Shown here piece by piece: positions 13,001 through 23,806 of a stretch of 64,000 nucleotides of DNA. The stretch is from Candidatus Latescibacterota bacterium (GTDB lineage Bacteria > Latescibacterota > UBA2968 > UBA8231), in contig OZ241362.1 of the NCBI GenBank assembly GCA_965200315.1, positions 128,001 through 192,000 of the forward strand, read 5' to 3'. Within the stretch, counting starts at the first letter, position 1, and each line of letters opens with the position of its first letter. The notes beneath the pieces were generated by a model that saw only the letters and a program-made list of their open reading frames with translations, searched no databases and was not told the DNA's origin. The position numbers and the translations under genes were made by a program.

Positions 13001-16000
13001 ACTCGGGATCCTCTTACCACCGGTACCACCCGTTTGACTTGGCACAGAATTTAGGACCCGATTTGTAGGGGATTGAAACAAGAATAGCTCCCTACCCATC
13101 ACCTAGGCGATTACTTCGGCACAGAATTTAGGACCCGATTTGTAGGGGATTGAAACGCCCGCGATCCCCTCTATCGCCCTTGTCGCCCTTGTCGCACAGA
13201 ATTTAGGACCCGATTTGTAGGGGATTGAAACGTAATGCCTTCTCGGCACTGAGGGCGGCCGCTGGCCGTCACAGAATTTAGGACCCGATTTGTAGGGGAT
13301 TGAAACTCAAGCCCTCCCCGTGGCCCTCCGCCTCGCCTTTCTGAACACAGAATTTAGGACCCGATTTGTAGGGGATTGAAACTTGTCGAATACTAATCAC
13401 ATAGGAGCCTACTCATGACCACCACAGAATTTAGGACCCGATTTGTAGGGGATTGAAACTTACAGGTACGAACAAAGTCATCTATATGCTCCATGAGGCA
13501 CAGAATTTAGGACCCGATTTGTAGGGGATTGAAACGTATCTCCTGCGCTCTATGTGCTGAAATAAGGTTCATCACAGAATTTAGGACCCGATTTGTAGGG
13601 GATTGAAACATACTCTCCGTAAGTCATAATGCCCCTCCTGCGCTTTCGCGCGGCACAGAATTTAGGACCCGATTTGTAGGGGATTGAAACTTGTTAGTTG
13701 CAAGTTGCGAGAAGCGCGTTGCGCGCTTCACAGAATTTAGGACCCGATTTGTAGGGGATTGAAACCACCGGGCCGCCATACGCCTCGACCCCACGATCGT
13801 GCGCCACAGAATTTAGGACCCGATTTGTAGGGGATTGAAACCCCAGTTCCCGGAGGATTGAATCCACCATCCCCGGCCACAGAATTTAGGACCCGATTTG
13901 TAGGGGATTGAAACCATGGACCGTGCCGCGCGCCACGTCGGCGAGCCAGAAAGCACAGAATTTAGGACCCGATTTGTAGGGGATTGAAACTAGTTCTGCG
14001 AGCAACATTAGGGTTCTTCTTTCGTTATGCACAGAATTTAGGACCCGATTTGTAGGGGATTGAAACTTCTTTCGTTATGCGCCCGCGAGCGCGTGATACC
14101 GCTTCACAGAATTTAGGACCCGATTTGTAGGGGATTGAAACTTATAAAGCTCCCACGCCCAATCTTCGAAAGATCGGATTAACACAGAATTTAGGACCCG
14201 ATTTGTAGGGGATTGAAACGGGAAGGATCTTCATCCCACCACCAGCTACCGAAGTCCACAGAATTTAGGACCCGATTTGTAGGGGATTGAAACTCGGGCG
14301 TCAAGCGTTCAAAGGTCTGATTCTCCAGCGGCACAGAATTTAGGACCCGATTTGTAGGGGATTGAAACTGCGATAAAGACGCGCCGGATCATTGCCGAGC
14401 TTGAAGACACAGAATTTAGGACCCGATTTGTAGGGGATTGAAACACTTCTCTTTCGCTTGCCATATCGCGTATGAATCCGATAGCCACAGAATTTAGGAC
14501 CCGATTTGTAGGGGATTGAAACATGCCGTTCTGCTCTAGCTGGGCGCGGGCGTGGTCCAGCGCACAGAATTTAGGACCCGATTTGTAGGGGATTGAAACT
14601 TGCTACTAGGCGCGGCGGCGGCGCACCCGTTCAACGACACAGAATTTAGGACCCGATTTGTAGGGGATTGAAACCCCAGCGCGCAAATGCGGCGCGGTAT
14701 TCCGCATAGAGCTTCACAGAATTTAGGACCCGATTTGTAGGGGATTGAAACGTTCTCGCGCCGTAGGCGCGCCGTGAGGATGGCCGTCACCACAGAATTT
14801 AGGACCCGATTTGTAGGGGATTGAAACCCCAGCGCGCAAATGCGGCGCGGTATTCCGCATAGAGCTTCACAGAATTTAGGACCCGATTTGTAGGGGATTG
14901 AAACGTTCTCGCGCCGTAGGCGCGCCGTGAGGATGGCCGTCACCACAGAATTTAGGACCCGATTTGTAGGGGATTGAAACCCGAAGATGCGGCTTGGTGG
15001 GCGGCGATCAGCTCTAGGAGCACAGAATTTAGGACCCGATTTGTAGGGGATTGAAACTCAGCGCTTCGCGCGCCCTCGACAACTCGGATTCAGCGCACAG
15101 AATTTAGGACCCGATTTGTAGGGGATTGAAACCTTTCGTTATGCGCCTATCGGCGCGTGATTGATACCGCTTCACAGAATTTAGGACCCGATTTGTAGGG
15201 GATTGAAACCCGATTGGAAGAAAAGTTCAATCTCTACTTTCTTCATCCACAGAATTTAGGACCCGATTTGTAGGGGATTGAAACGAAAGAAACAGTTAGT
15301 TTCTGCTGAAGCCATTTGCCGGACCACAGAATTTAGGACCCGATTTGTAGGGGATTGAAACTCGAAGGCGCGGCGCCGCATCGCGTCGTCGTCGCCGGCG
15401 CACAGAATTTAGGACCCGATTTGTAGGGGATTGAAACTTCGATGCGCTCGCGCCATAGGCGCACCTCCTCCTCCGCACAGAATTTAGGACCCGATTTGTA
15501 GGGGATTGAAACTCTTGCCTGCCGAGCACGACCGCTTGATCCACTCTCCGCACAGAATTTAGGACCCGATTTGTAGGGGATTGAAACTCGCGTTCTCCCA
15601 TACCTCGTATGCGTGCCTATATGCGCGACACAGAATTTAGGACCCGATTTGTAGGGGATTGAAACTAGACTCCTTCCTTTTCTTTAGCTTTGAGAGTACC
15701 TCACCACAGAATTTAGGACCCGATTTGTAGGGGATTGAAACTTAGTGGTTGTGAGAGCCACTTACCGCTCCAGCCTTCACCACAGAATTTAGGACCCGAT
15801 TTGTAGGGGATTGAAACTGCTCTAGCAATGTCACTTTAGTTCCCTCTCTTTGTTTGCCACAGAATTTAGGACCCGATTTGTAGGGGATTGAAACCGTAAT
15901 CGCCTATCTGAGGTGCTACAAGCGTCCTATGACCACAGAATTTAGGACCCGATTTGTAGGGGATTGAAACCTGTAATGGCCTATTTGGCCGTTAAGTGGA

Positions 16001-19000
16001 TGCCTTGGGCACAGAATTTAGGACCCGATTTGTAGGGGATTGAAACTGGATCTGCGCTCGGCCGAGAGCTTGCAAGCATCCTCAAACACAGAATTTAGGA
16101 CCCGATTTGTAGGGGATTGAAACCACTTGAAAACCACCCAATAGGAGACTGATATGAGCATCACAGAATTTAGGACCCGATTTGTAGGGGATTGAAACCC
16201 ATGACGGCATGGACGCCGCCAAGGCCGTTGACGGCGACACAGAATTTAGGACCCGATTTGTAGGGGATTGAAACAGGTAGACCAGCTTGACCAGCGCCAG
16301 CGGCGTCAGCTCCTCACAGAATTTAGGACCCGATTTGTAGGGGATTGAAACCCAATGAGGCCGCCGATTAGTAGACATACTAATGCTTTCCACAGAATTT
16401 AGGACCCGATTTGTAGGGGATTGAAACTTAAATCGCCGAAGCCCTCGCCAGCGAGGGTGATGCTTCACAGAATTTAGGACCCGATTTGTAGGGGATTGAA
16501 ACCCGGTCGTCTGATGCCATATCCACAGGCTGCGGTTCTCACAGAATTTAGGACCCGATTTGTAGGGGATTGAAACGCCCGATGAGCAGGCTGACGCCGG
16601 CGGTCGCTAGGACACAGAATTTAGGACCCGATTTGTAGGGGATTGAAACCGGACGGCGCCAAGGTGATCGCCGGTGATGGCGTAGCCACACAGAATTTAG
16701 GACCCGATTTGTAGGGGATTGAAACCGTCGACCGCACTACGATATCGAGGCATCGTCGTCGCTGCACAGAATTTAGGACCCGATTTGTAGGGGATTGAAA
16801 CCCAAGGACCCCTACCAGATACGGTCGGCCTATACGATGGGCCACAGAATTTAGGACCCGATTTGTAGGGGATTGAAACAGCGCTATTCGCGCCGGGTCG
16901 GCCGCATCCAGATGCGCACAGAATTTAGGACCCGATTTGTAGGGGATTGAAACCCAAGGCACTTCTTCGCACGCAAGCGGTACACAAGCGCGACACAGAA
17001 TTTAGGACCCGATTTGTAGGGGATTGAAACCACCGTGACGCCTGCCCCCGGTGGTGTAATTATCGGCGGCACAGAATTTAGGACCCGATTTGTAGGGGAT
17101 TGAAACGATATACTAACGTCTCATGCGGCTGCGGCTATGACGGGCACAGAATTTAGGACCCGATTTGTAGGGGATTGAAACCCCGAAAGGCTTCGCGGAT
17201 CCGCCGAGCGGAGTTACGCTCACAGAATTTAGGACCCGATTTGTAGGGGATTGAAACGCAAGCCAAGGACCCGCGCCAGATGGCGGCGGCCTATATGACA
17301 CAGAATTTAGGACCCGATTTGTAGGGGATTGAAACTTAGACTAATAAAGAGTTTCATTTCGTTATCCTTAGAGCACAGAATTTAGGACCCGATTTGTAGG
17401 GGATTGAAACTACATCCCGAGCGAGGCATGCCTCTTCTACCCGACCCACAGAATTTAGGACCCGATTTGTAGGGGATTGAAACTTGCGTATGCCCCCGTC
17501 TAGACTATTGCCCGTCCCTGTCCCACAGAATTTAGGACCCGATTTGTAGGGGATTGAAACTCAGCCGCTGCTCTTGGTGCTGGTCTACGCCTTCCTCCGC
17601 CACAGAATTTAGGACCCGATTTGTAGGGGATTGAAACCCCGTTCCCTTCCCCTTCGAGCACGATGCTCTCAGGGGCACAGAATTTAGGACCCGATTTGTA
17701 GGGGATTGAAACTCGCCACGATGGCGACAGCCGCGATGACCGTCCATGCGCACAGAATTTAGGACCCGATTTGTAGGGGATTGAAACGAAACCGTTTGGG
17801 GTCTCCTTCCACTCCGTCTCCCCCGGCACAGAATTTAGGACCCGATTTGTAGGGGATTGAAACATTAGGGCTTTTTGTCCAAGCGTCTTCGCCCGGCATG
17901 CGGCACAGAATTTAGGACCCGATTTGTAGGGGATTGAAACGAGGGCCTCACCACCGAGCCCCTCAAAGGCCTCAAGCACCACAGAATTTAGGACCCGATT
18001 TGTAGGGGATTGAAACTATTACTCCCTCGGCGAGGCGGGTTTCTGCGGGAAATTCCACAGAATTTAGGACCCGATTTGTAGGGGATTGAAACGCGGCAGC
18101 AGCAGCCTTCTTGGCGGCCTTTTTTGCTTCTCACAGAATTTAGGACCCGATTTGTAGGGGATTGAAACCGCCGAACTCTTTCTGGAACCCCTCGGTGAGG
18201 AGGGCACAGAATTTAGGACCCGATTTGTAGGGGATTGAAACACCAGGCCATCAACGGCTGCACGCAGGCACTCCAGCACCTTCACAGAATTTAGGACCCG
18301 ATTTGTAGGGGATTGAAACTTCAGCCCCACTATATCGTACGGATACTGGATCGCATACCACAGAATTTAGGACCCGATTTGTAGGGGATTGAAACGAGGT
18401 TGAAGACACGACGACCGCGGGGCGGCCGTCGAGGCACAGAATTTAGGACCCGATTTGTAGGGGATTGAAACCCCAGCGCGCGCAGCTTATGGGCTACCGT
18501 GCCGTAGGACACAGAATTTAGGACCCGATTTGTAGGGGATTGAAACATATCTGGCCGGGCTGGACGAAGCAGGCCGTCTGCCGCCCACAGAATTTAGGAC
18601 CCGATTTGTAGGGGATTGAAACATGGGGACTTGGTGTATCATGGGCATACTTCAATCCTCCACAGAATTTAGGACCCGATTTGTAGGGGATTGAAACTAG
18701 CTGGTGTGTGCGCTGGAGGGCTTGCCCCATATCGCGCACAGAATTTAGGACCCGATTTGTAGGGGATTGAAACGTACATTTCATCTCCGTCTCCTTTTTT
18801 GGAGTGGGAGCCACAGAATTTAGGACCCGATTTGTAGGGGATTGAAACGCGGAGCATCTCGTCGTGATACCGACGGATGCGGTCGCGCACAGAATTTAGG
18901 ACCCGATTTGTAGGGGATTGAAACATAGCGACGTCATACTCTTATCCTCAGCTGGCCACGGCACACAGAATTTAGGACCCGATTTGTAGGGGATTGAAAC

Positions 19001-19678
19001 GTGGTCGGCTCCCGCTCCGGCGGGGCCTCCAGGTGGAGCTCCACAGAATTTAGGACCCGATTTGTAGGGGATTGAAACGTACTGCCCCACCTCGAACGCC
19101 GGCACCGCATCCACCTCCACAGAATTTAGGACCCGATTTGTAGGGGATTGAAACGTTAGCTTCTCGTAATCCTCTGCAATATCGTAATAGCGCGCAGAAT
19201 TTAGGACCCGATTTGTAGGGGATTGAAACACAAGTTACGCCATTCTATCTTCAGCGAGACTCGTCGCAGAATTTAGGACCCGATTTGTAGGGGATTGAAA
19301 CACATAGGGATTAGTACATCCTCTCAGTAGGGAGTAGGTCGCAGAATTTAGGACCCGATTTGTAGGGGATTGAAACGCCCCAGAAGCGAACACGCCACTC
19401 GCCCGCCGCATAGACGCAGAATTTAGGACCCGATTTGTAGGGGATTGAAACGGGTGGGTATTCCGTTCTCCTGCAATTCGGCGCGGGCGCGGCGCAGAAT
19501 TTAGGACCCGATTTGTAGGGGATTGAAACATCCTGCGACGTGGTCGGCCAAGGCCTGCGCTTCCTGCGCAGAATTTAGGACCCGATTTGTAGGGGATTGA
19601 AACCCTTGACGATGTGCTGCTCTTTGCTGCTCATAGTTCAACGCAGAATTTAGGACCCGATTTGTAGGGGATTGAAAC
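1082..19678 (+). CRISPR. Very large CRISPR array, about 245-250 repeats (estimate), repeat CACAGAATTTAGGACCCGATTTGTAGGGGATTGAAAC (37 nt), spacers roughly 33-46 nt
   Basis: Invariant 37-nt direct repeat with a short CCC/GGG stem and the ATTGAAAC 8-nt 3' handle typical of Cas6-processed type I/III arrays. The last 7 repeats (19193-19678) start CGCAG, marking the trailer end. Confidence 0.99.
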
Positions 19679-19700
19679 CACCGACGCCGAGCAAACGCCC

Positions 19701-20426
19701 ATGCGCCTGTGCGACTTTCCCATCCTGACCTTCGACACCTACGGAACTCTCATTGACTGGGAGACGGGTATCTGGCAAGCGCTGCAACCGCTCTGCTCGC
19801 GCTTGGCCGATCCGCCAGACCGCGAAGCGGCCCTTGTGGCCTTCGCGCAGGTGGAATCCGCTTGCCAAGCAGCCCATCCCGACCTGCTCTACGCCGATCT
19901 GTTGGCCGCTACCCACCGCACGCTGGCCCGGAATTGGGGCCGTGAACCCGACGATGCCGAAAGCGTCCGCTTCGGTCAGTCGGTTGGGGACTGGCCGGCC
20001 TTTGTCGATGCGGCCGCATCGCTCGCCTATCTGAAGCGCCACCACCGGCTGATTACCCTCACCAATTGCGACCGCGCTAGCTACGAGGGCAGCTCCGCCC
20101 GCCTCGGCGATCCTTGGGACGCTATCTGTACGGCCGAAGAAATCGGATCGTACAAACCGGCACTGGCCAACTTTGAATTCCTGCTCGCCCAAGTGGCTGC
20201 GGACTTTGGCCGGGGGGCCGAAAGCATCCTGCATATCGCGCAGAGCCTCTTCCACGACCACGTGCCGGCTAAGGCCATCGGCCTGACGACGGCATGGATC
20301 GACCGGCGGGCCGGGCGCGGTGGAGGCGCGACCGCACCGACATCGGAGGCAGTGGAACCAGATTTCCGTTTCAAAAGCATGGCGGAACTAGTCGCCCAAC
20401 ACCGCGCTGAACGGGCCGAGGCGTGA
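19701..20426 (+). CDS. HAD-superfamily hydrolase (haloacid dehalogenase type II-like)
   Basis: FDTYGTLIDWE motif I, LTNCD, GSYKP and HIAQSLFHDHVPAKAIG. Confidence 0.9.
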   Translation: MRLCDFPILTFDTYGTLIDWETGIWQALQPLCSRLADPPDREAALVAFAQVESACQAAHPDLLYADLLAATHRTLARNWGREPDDAESVRFGQSVGDWPAFVDAAASLAYLKRHHRLITLTNCDRASYEGSSARLGDPWDAICTAEEIGSYKPALANFEFLLAQVAADFGRGAESILHIAQSLFHDHVPAKAIGLTTAWIDRRAGRGGGATAPTSEAVEPDFRFKSMAELVAQHRAERAEA

Positions 20427-20537
20427 TACCGCAGTGTGGACGACAGCGGAATGTGCTGCTAATTTCTGTAAGCCGTATATTCGCGGCGTACTGACCGCCG
20501 CTACGACGTCCGCGCCAAGAAAAGGAGGACGAGTAAC

Positions 20538-20807
20538 ATGAAACGCACCAAGGAGCAACTCGAAATCGAACTGGCGAAAGTCGAAATTCCCGAATGCCTC
20601 TCACGAGTAGAGGAGACGGTCACCGAAAGCTACATGAACAGCGCGGGAATGCTCCGCATGTCTATTGAGGACCTGCTCCGACAGCACGCCAAAATTATGG
20701 CCCTGACCTACAAGTCAGGCGACAAAGCGGCCCTGAACAACGCCCTCAATGACATGGGAGACAGCATAGTCTCGTTGCGTAAAATACTGGTCGAAAACTG
20801 CGGCTGA
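20538..20807 (+). CDS. Hypothetical small helical protein
   Basis: 89-aa ORF with a strong SD (AAAGGAGG) upstream; no recognisable motif. Confidence 0.6.
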   Translation: MKRTKEQLEIELAKVEIPECLSRVEETVTESYMNSAGMLRMSIEDLLRQHAKIMALTYKSGDKAALNNALNDMGDSIVSLRKILVENCG

Positions 20808-20877
20808 GAACGTCCCCGCCCAGTTCGGCCACTCGCCGTCCGGCATTCCAACACTGCCGGAAAATTAGTAGAAATCC

Positions 20878-21639
20878 ATGAGCACACCCCTCCACGGTCG
20901 CATCGCCTTAGTAACCGGTGCAGCGGGCGGTATCGGCCAAGCGATATGCCGGGCCTTGGCCGCCGAAGGCGCGACAGTCGCCCTGCATTACCGCACGCAG
21001 AAGGAGGCTGCCCACGCGCTCGCCGCTGAGCTGGATGGGGCTACCTTTGAAGCCGATATAACCGAGGCGGACGCCGCGCAGGCGCTGGTTGAGCGCGTGG
21101 CTGGGGCATTGGGTGGGTTGGATATTTTGGTCAATAACGCCGGCATCACTATCGGCGGGCAGTTCGTGGCCGATATGGAGTTGGCGGATTGGCACCGCGT
21201 GCTCGATGTCAACCTCAATAGCGTCCTCTACATGTGCAAGGCTGCCCTGCCGCTGATGAGGGCGGGCGGCGGCGGCGCGGTCGTCAACATGGCCTCGAAT
21301 GTGGTCAACACCCTGCCAGGCGGGGCGGCCGCGTATGCAACCACCAAGGCGGGGGTCGTGGCCTTGACCAAGGTGCTGTCGAAAGAGGAAGCTGAGCACG
21401 GCATCCGCGTCAATGTGGTGTCGCCGGGGATCATCGACGCGGGGATGGGACGCGGGGCACTGGCGCGGCGGACTCCCCAGGTGCAGGCGCAATTTCTCAG
21501 CAGTATTCCCATGCGCCGGGCCGGCGGGCCGGAAGAGGTGGCCGCGGCCGTGGTTTTTCTCGCGTCACCGGCGGCCAGCTACGTGACAGGGCAGCACGTA
21601 AGCGTCAACGGTGGCGACCGCACTGAGTCCTACCAGTAG
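20878..21639 (+). CDS. Short-chain dehydrogenase/reductase (FabG-like)
   Basis: TGAAGGIG, NNAG, YATTK and NVVSPG motifs. Confidence 0.93.
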   Translation: MSTPLHGRIALVTGAAGGIGQAICRALAAEGATVALHYRTQKEAAHALAAELDGATFEADITEADAAQALVERVAGALGGLDILVNNAGITIGGQFVADMELADWHRVLDVNLNSVLYMCKAALPLMRAGGGGAVVNMASNVVNTLPGGAAAYATTKAGVVALTKVLSKEEAEHGIRVNVVSPGIIDAGMGRGALARRTPQVQAQFLSSIPMRRAGGPEEVAAAVVFLASPAASYVTGQHVSVNGGDRTESYQ

Positions 21640-21793
21640 GAGCTTAGCCTACCTGCATGTCCCCAGCCGCCCCAATTTGTGATAGACACCCGAACTAACA
21701 GTAACTATATTAGATTATTAACATTTATGAACCTAGTGCCCCGTTGCAGTACGGGCGGCGGTGCGTCCAAACGTCGAAACGATCTTACTTGAA

Positions 21794-23806
21794 ATGAAGT
21801 ACTTGCTTACTGGCGGCGGCACGGGTGGCCACGTATATCCGGCCTTGGCCATTGCCAACGAAATTCGACAGTCGCGAGCAGACGCCGAATTCCTCTACGT
21901 GGGCCATCGCGACAAGCTGGAGGCTTGGGTCGTGCCCGAGCAGGGATACCCCATCCGCTTTGTCCGTGCCCTTCCCTTCCCGCGTACGCGCTCCCTTGTG
22001 CTCCTGTTGCGATTCGCCATCGCGCTCGCGATCGGAGTCGTCCAAGGGGCATTTATTCTCCTGCGCTACCGACCGCAAATTATTATCAGCACGGGTGGCT
22101 TTGTCAGTGCGCCGACCCTCTTCGCGCATGGTGTGCTGGCGAAGGTCGGCCTTTCTCGCGCCCGTGTCTTTCTCTACGAGCCGAATGCTTACCCTGGGCT
22201 TCTGAACCAAATTACCGGGCGGCTGGCGCAGCGCATCGGCGTGGCGTTTGAGCAGGCGGGCCGCTGGTTCGACGCGGAGCGGGTGGCCGTGGTCGGCTAT
22301 CCGGTGCGCCGCTCTTTTTTGCAGCTCGACCGGCCGGCCGCGCGGGAAAAGTTGGGTATTGACCAAGGCCGCAAGGTCGTGCTCGCCTTTGGCGGGTCGG
22401 GAGGAGCTAAGGCCATCAACGAGGCCGTGCTCAAAGCCTTGCCCCGCTGGCATGCGGCCGGGCTGGTGGTCATCCACGTCACGGGGCGCTACAAGGGGCC
22501 GGATTACGACGCGGTGGCCGAGACCGAGGCCGCCTTAGCCGCGCTGGGAATGGAGGGCGAATGCGATTGGTATCGACGCCTCGATTACGCGGATCAGATC
22601 GCCGAACTGGTTGCAGCGGCCGATTTGGTCATTTGCCGGGCCGGTGCAGGGACCCTCACCGAGATGGCGGTTAGTGGGACGCCCACGTTGATTGTGCCAC
22701 TGCCGACAGCGGCCGAAGATCACCAGGCCCTGAATGCGCGGGAGATGGAGCGGATAGGGGCCGCGCAAGTGCTCTATCAGGAGGCGTTTTGGGACAACGC
22801 CGCTATTTATAGTGGACTAGACAGCGAGGAGTTGGCGCAGCAAGTGATCGCGTTGTGCGCCGACGAGGAGCGGTTGCAGGCCATGAGCGCGGCCGCCAAG
22901 ACCATCCCCAAGGCCAACAGCCTCGAACTGATCGCGGCAGAGCTGAACGGGCTCATCGCCGGGCAGAGGCCACCAGTGCTGCGCTTGGAGTTGCCCCCGG
23001 CCAAAAGCGGCTTGCCGACCGCCCCCAACGCCTTGCTGCGCTGGGTGCAAACGCGGGTTAAAGAGGTAGGCGGTGTGGAGGCGATGGAGTGCGGCGAACT
23101 GGCCTATCTGCGCTATCAAGCCGACCGCCTGCTCGCGTCTGAGGGTTGGTGCGAAATCCCGCTGGGGCGGCGCAATGTGGGCATCAAGCTCGTTGCGGTA
23201 TTGCGCTACCAAGAGCGGCTGCCGTTGCTGCTGGGCATCCTCACCGACCGCACCCCGACCGGATGGACGCGCCGTTTTTGCGGCGGCGACTTCCGCCACG
23301 GAGGCATTATACGCCGCAATGTGGTCGAATACGGTCTGCGCGGCTTGGGAGCGACCGACGCGCAGACCCGGGCCGCGTTGCTCAACGCGCTGGAGGAGGA
23401 TCCCTACTTTGAGGTGCGGGCGTGGTCGGCGCAGGCTTTCGGGGAGATGTTTACAGCCGATGACGAGATCGAAAATGCACTCTGCGCGGCTCTCGACGAT
23501 AGTGCGCCAGAAGTGGTCGTCCAAGCCCTGAGTGCTCTGGGGAAAATAAGCCATAATCCCGACCTGTTAGGGCGGCTGCGCCGCTTCTACCTACACCCGA
23601 ACTGGCAGTTCCGCGAGCAGGTCGTGCTGGTGCTGATCGAGTTTTTGCAGCGCGGCGTCTTGGAGCCGGCGCAATTGGAGCGCGATCTCGACCAAGTCTT
23701 AATCTCAATGCCTTATTTTGAGCCGGAGTTCACCCTCGGTGCGCACCTGCGCGAATTGGCCAAGCGCGTACACGCTAGCTTGCCACTGGCGGCTTCGCAG
23801 CGATGA
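21794..23806 (+). CDS. murG: MurG (lipid II GlcNAc transferase) with C-terminal HEAT-like repeat extension
   Basis: GGGTGGH, EPNAYPG, GYPVR, FGGSGGA, RAGAGT and HQALNA motifs in the first ~400 aa, then HEAT-like units (LEEDPYFEVRAWSAQAFGE, ALDDSAPEVVVQALSALG). ATG 21794 is preferred over GTG 21761. Confidence 0.88.
   Translation: MKYLLTGGGTGGHVYPALAIANEIRQSRADAEFLYVGHRDKLEAWVVPEQGYPIRFVRALPFPRTRSLVLLLRFAIALAIGVVQGAFILLRYRPQIIISTGGFVSAPTLFAHGVLAKVGLSRARVFLYEPNAYPGLLNQITGRLAQRIGVAFEQAGRWFDAERVAVVGYPVRRSFLQLDRPAAREKLGIDQGRKVVLAFGGSGGAKAINEAVLKALPRWHAAGLVVIHVTGRYKGPDYDAVAETEAALAALGMEGECDWYRRLDYADQIAELVAAADLVICRAGAGTLTEMAVSGTPTLIVPLPTAAEDHQALNAREMERIGAAQVLYQEAFWDNAAIYSGLDSEELAQQVIALCADEERLQAMSAAAKTIPKANSLELIAAELNGLIAGQRPPVLRLELPPAKSGLPTAPNALLRWVQTRVKEVGGVEAMECGELAYLRYQADRLLASEGWCEIPLGRRNVGIKLVAVLRYQERLPLLLGILTDRTPTGWTRRFCGGDFRHGGIIRRNVVEYGLRGLGATDAQTRAALLNALEEDPYFEVRAWSAQAFGEMFTADDEIENALCAALDDSAPEVVVQALSALGKISHNPDLLGRLRRFYLHPNWQFREQVVLVLIEFLQRGVLEPAQLERDLDQVLISMPYFEPEFTLGAHLRELAKRVHASLPLAASQR

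Noticed and set aside
1235-19531. Dozens of minus-strand ORFs with repeating VSIPYKSGPKFC / FQSPTNRVLNSV peptides
   Set aside because: They are translations of the CRISPR repeat, which lacks stops in two reverse frames; not genes.
1082-19678. Self-targeting spacers
   Set aside because: I saw no spacer matching the rest of this window, but an exhaustive comparison was not possible by eye.
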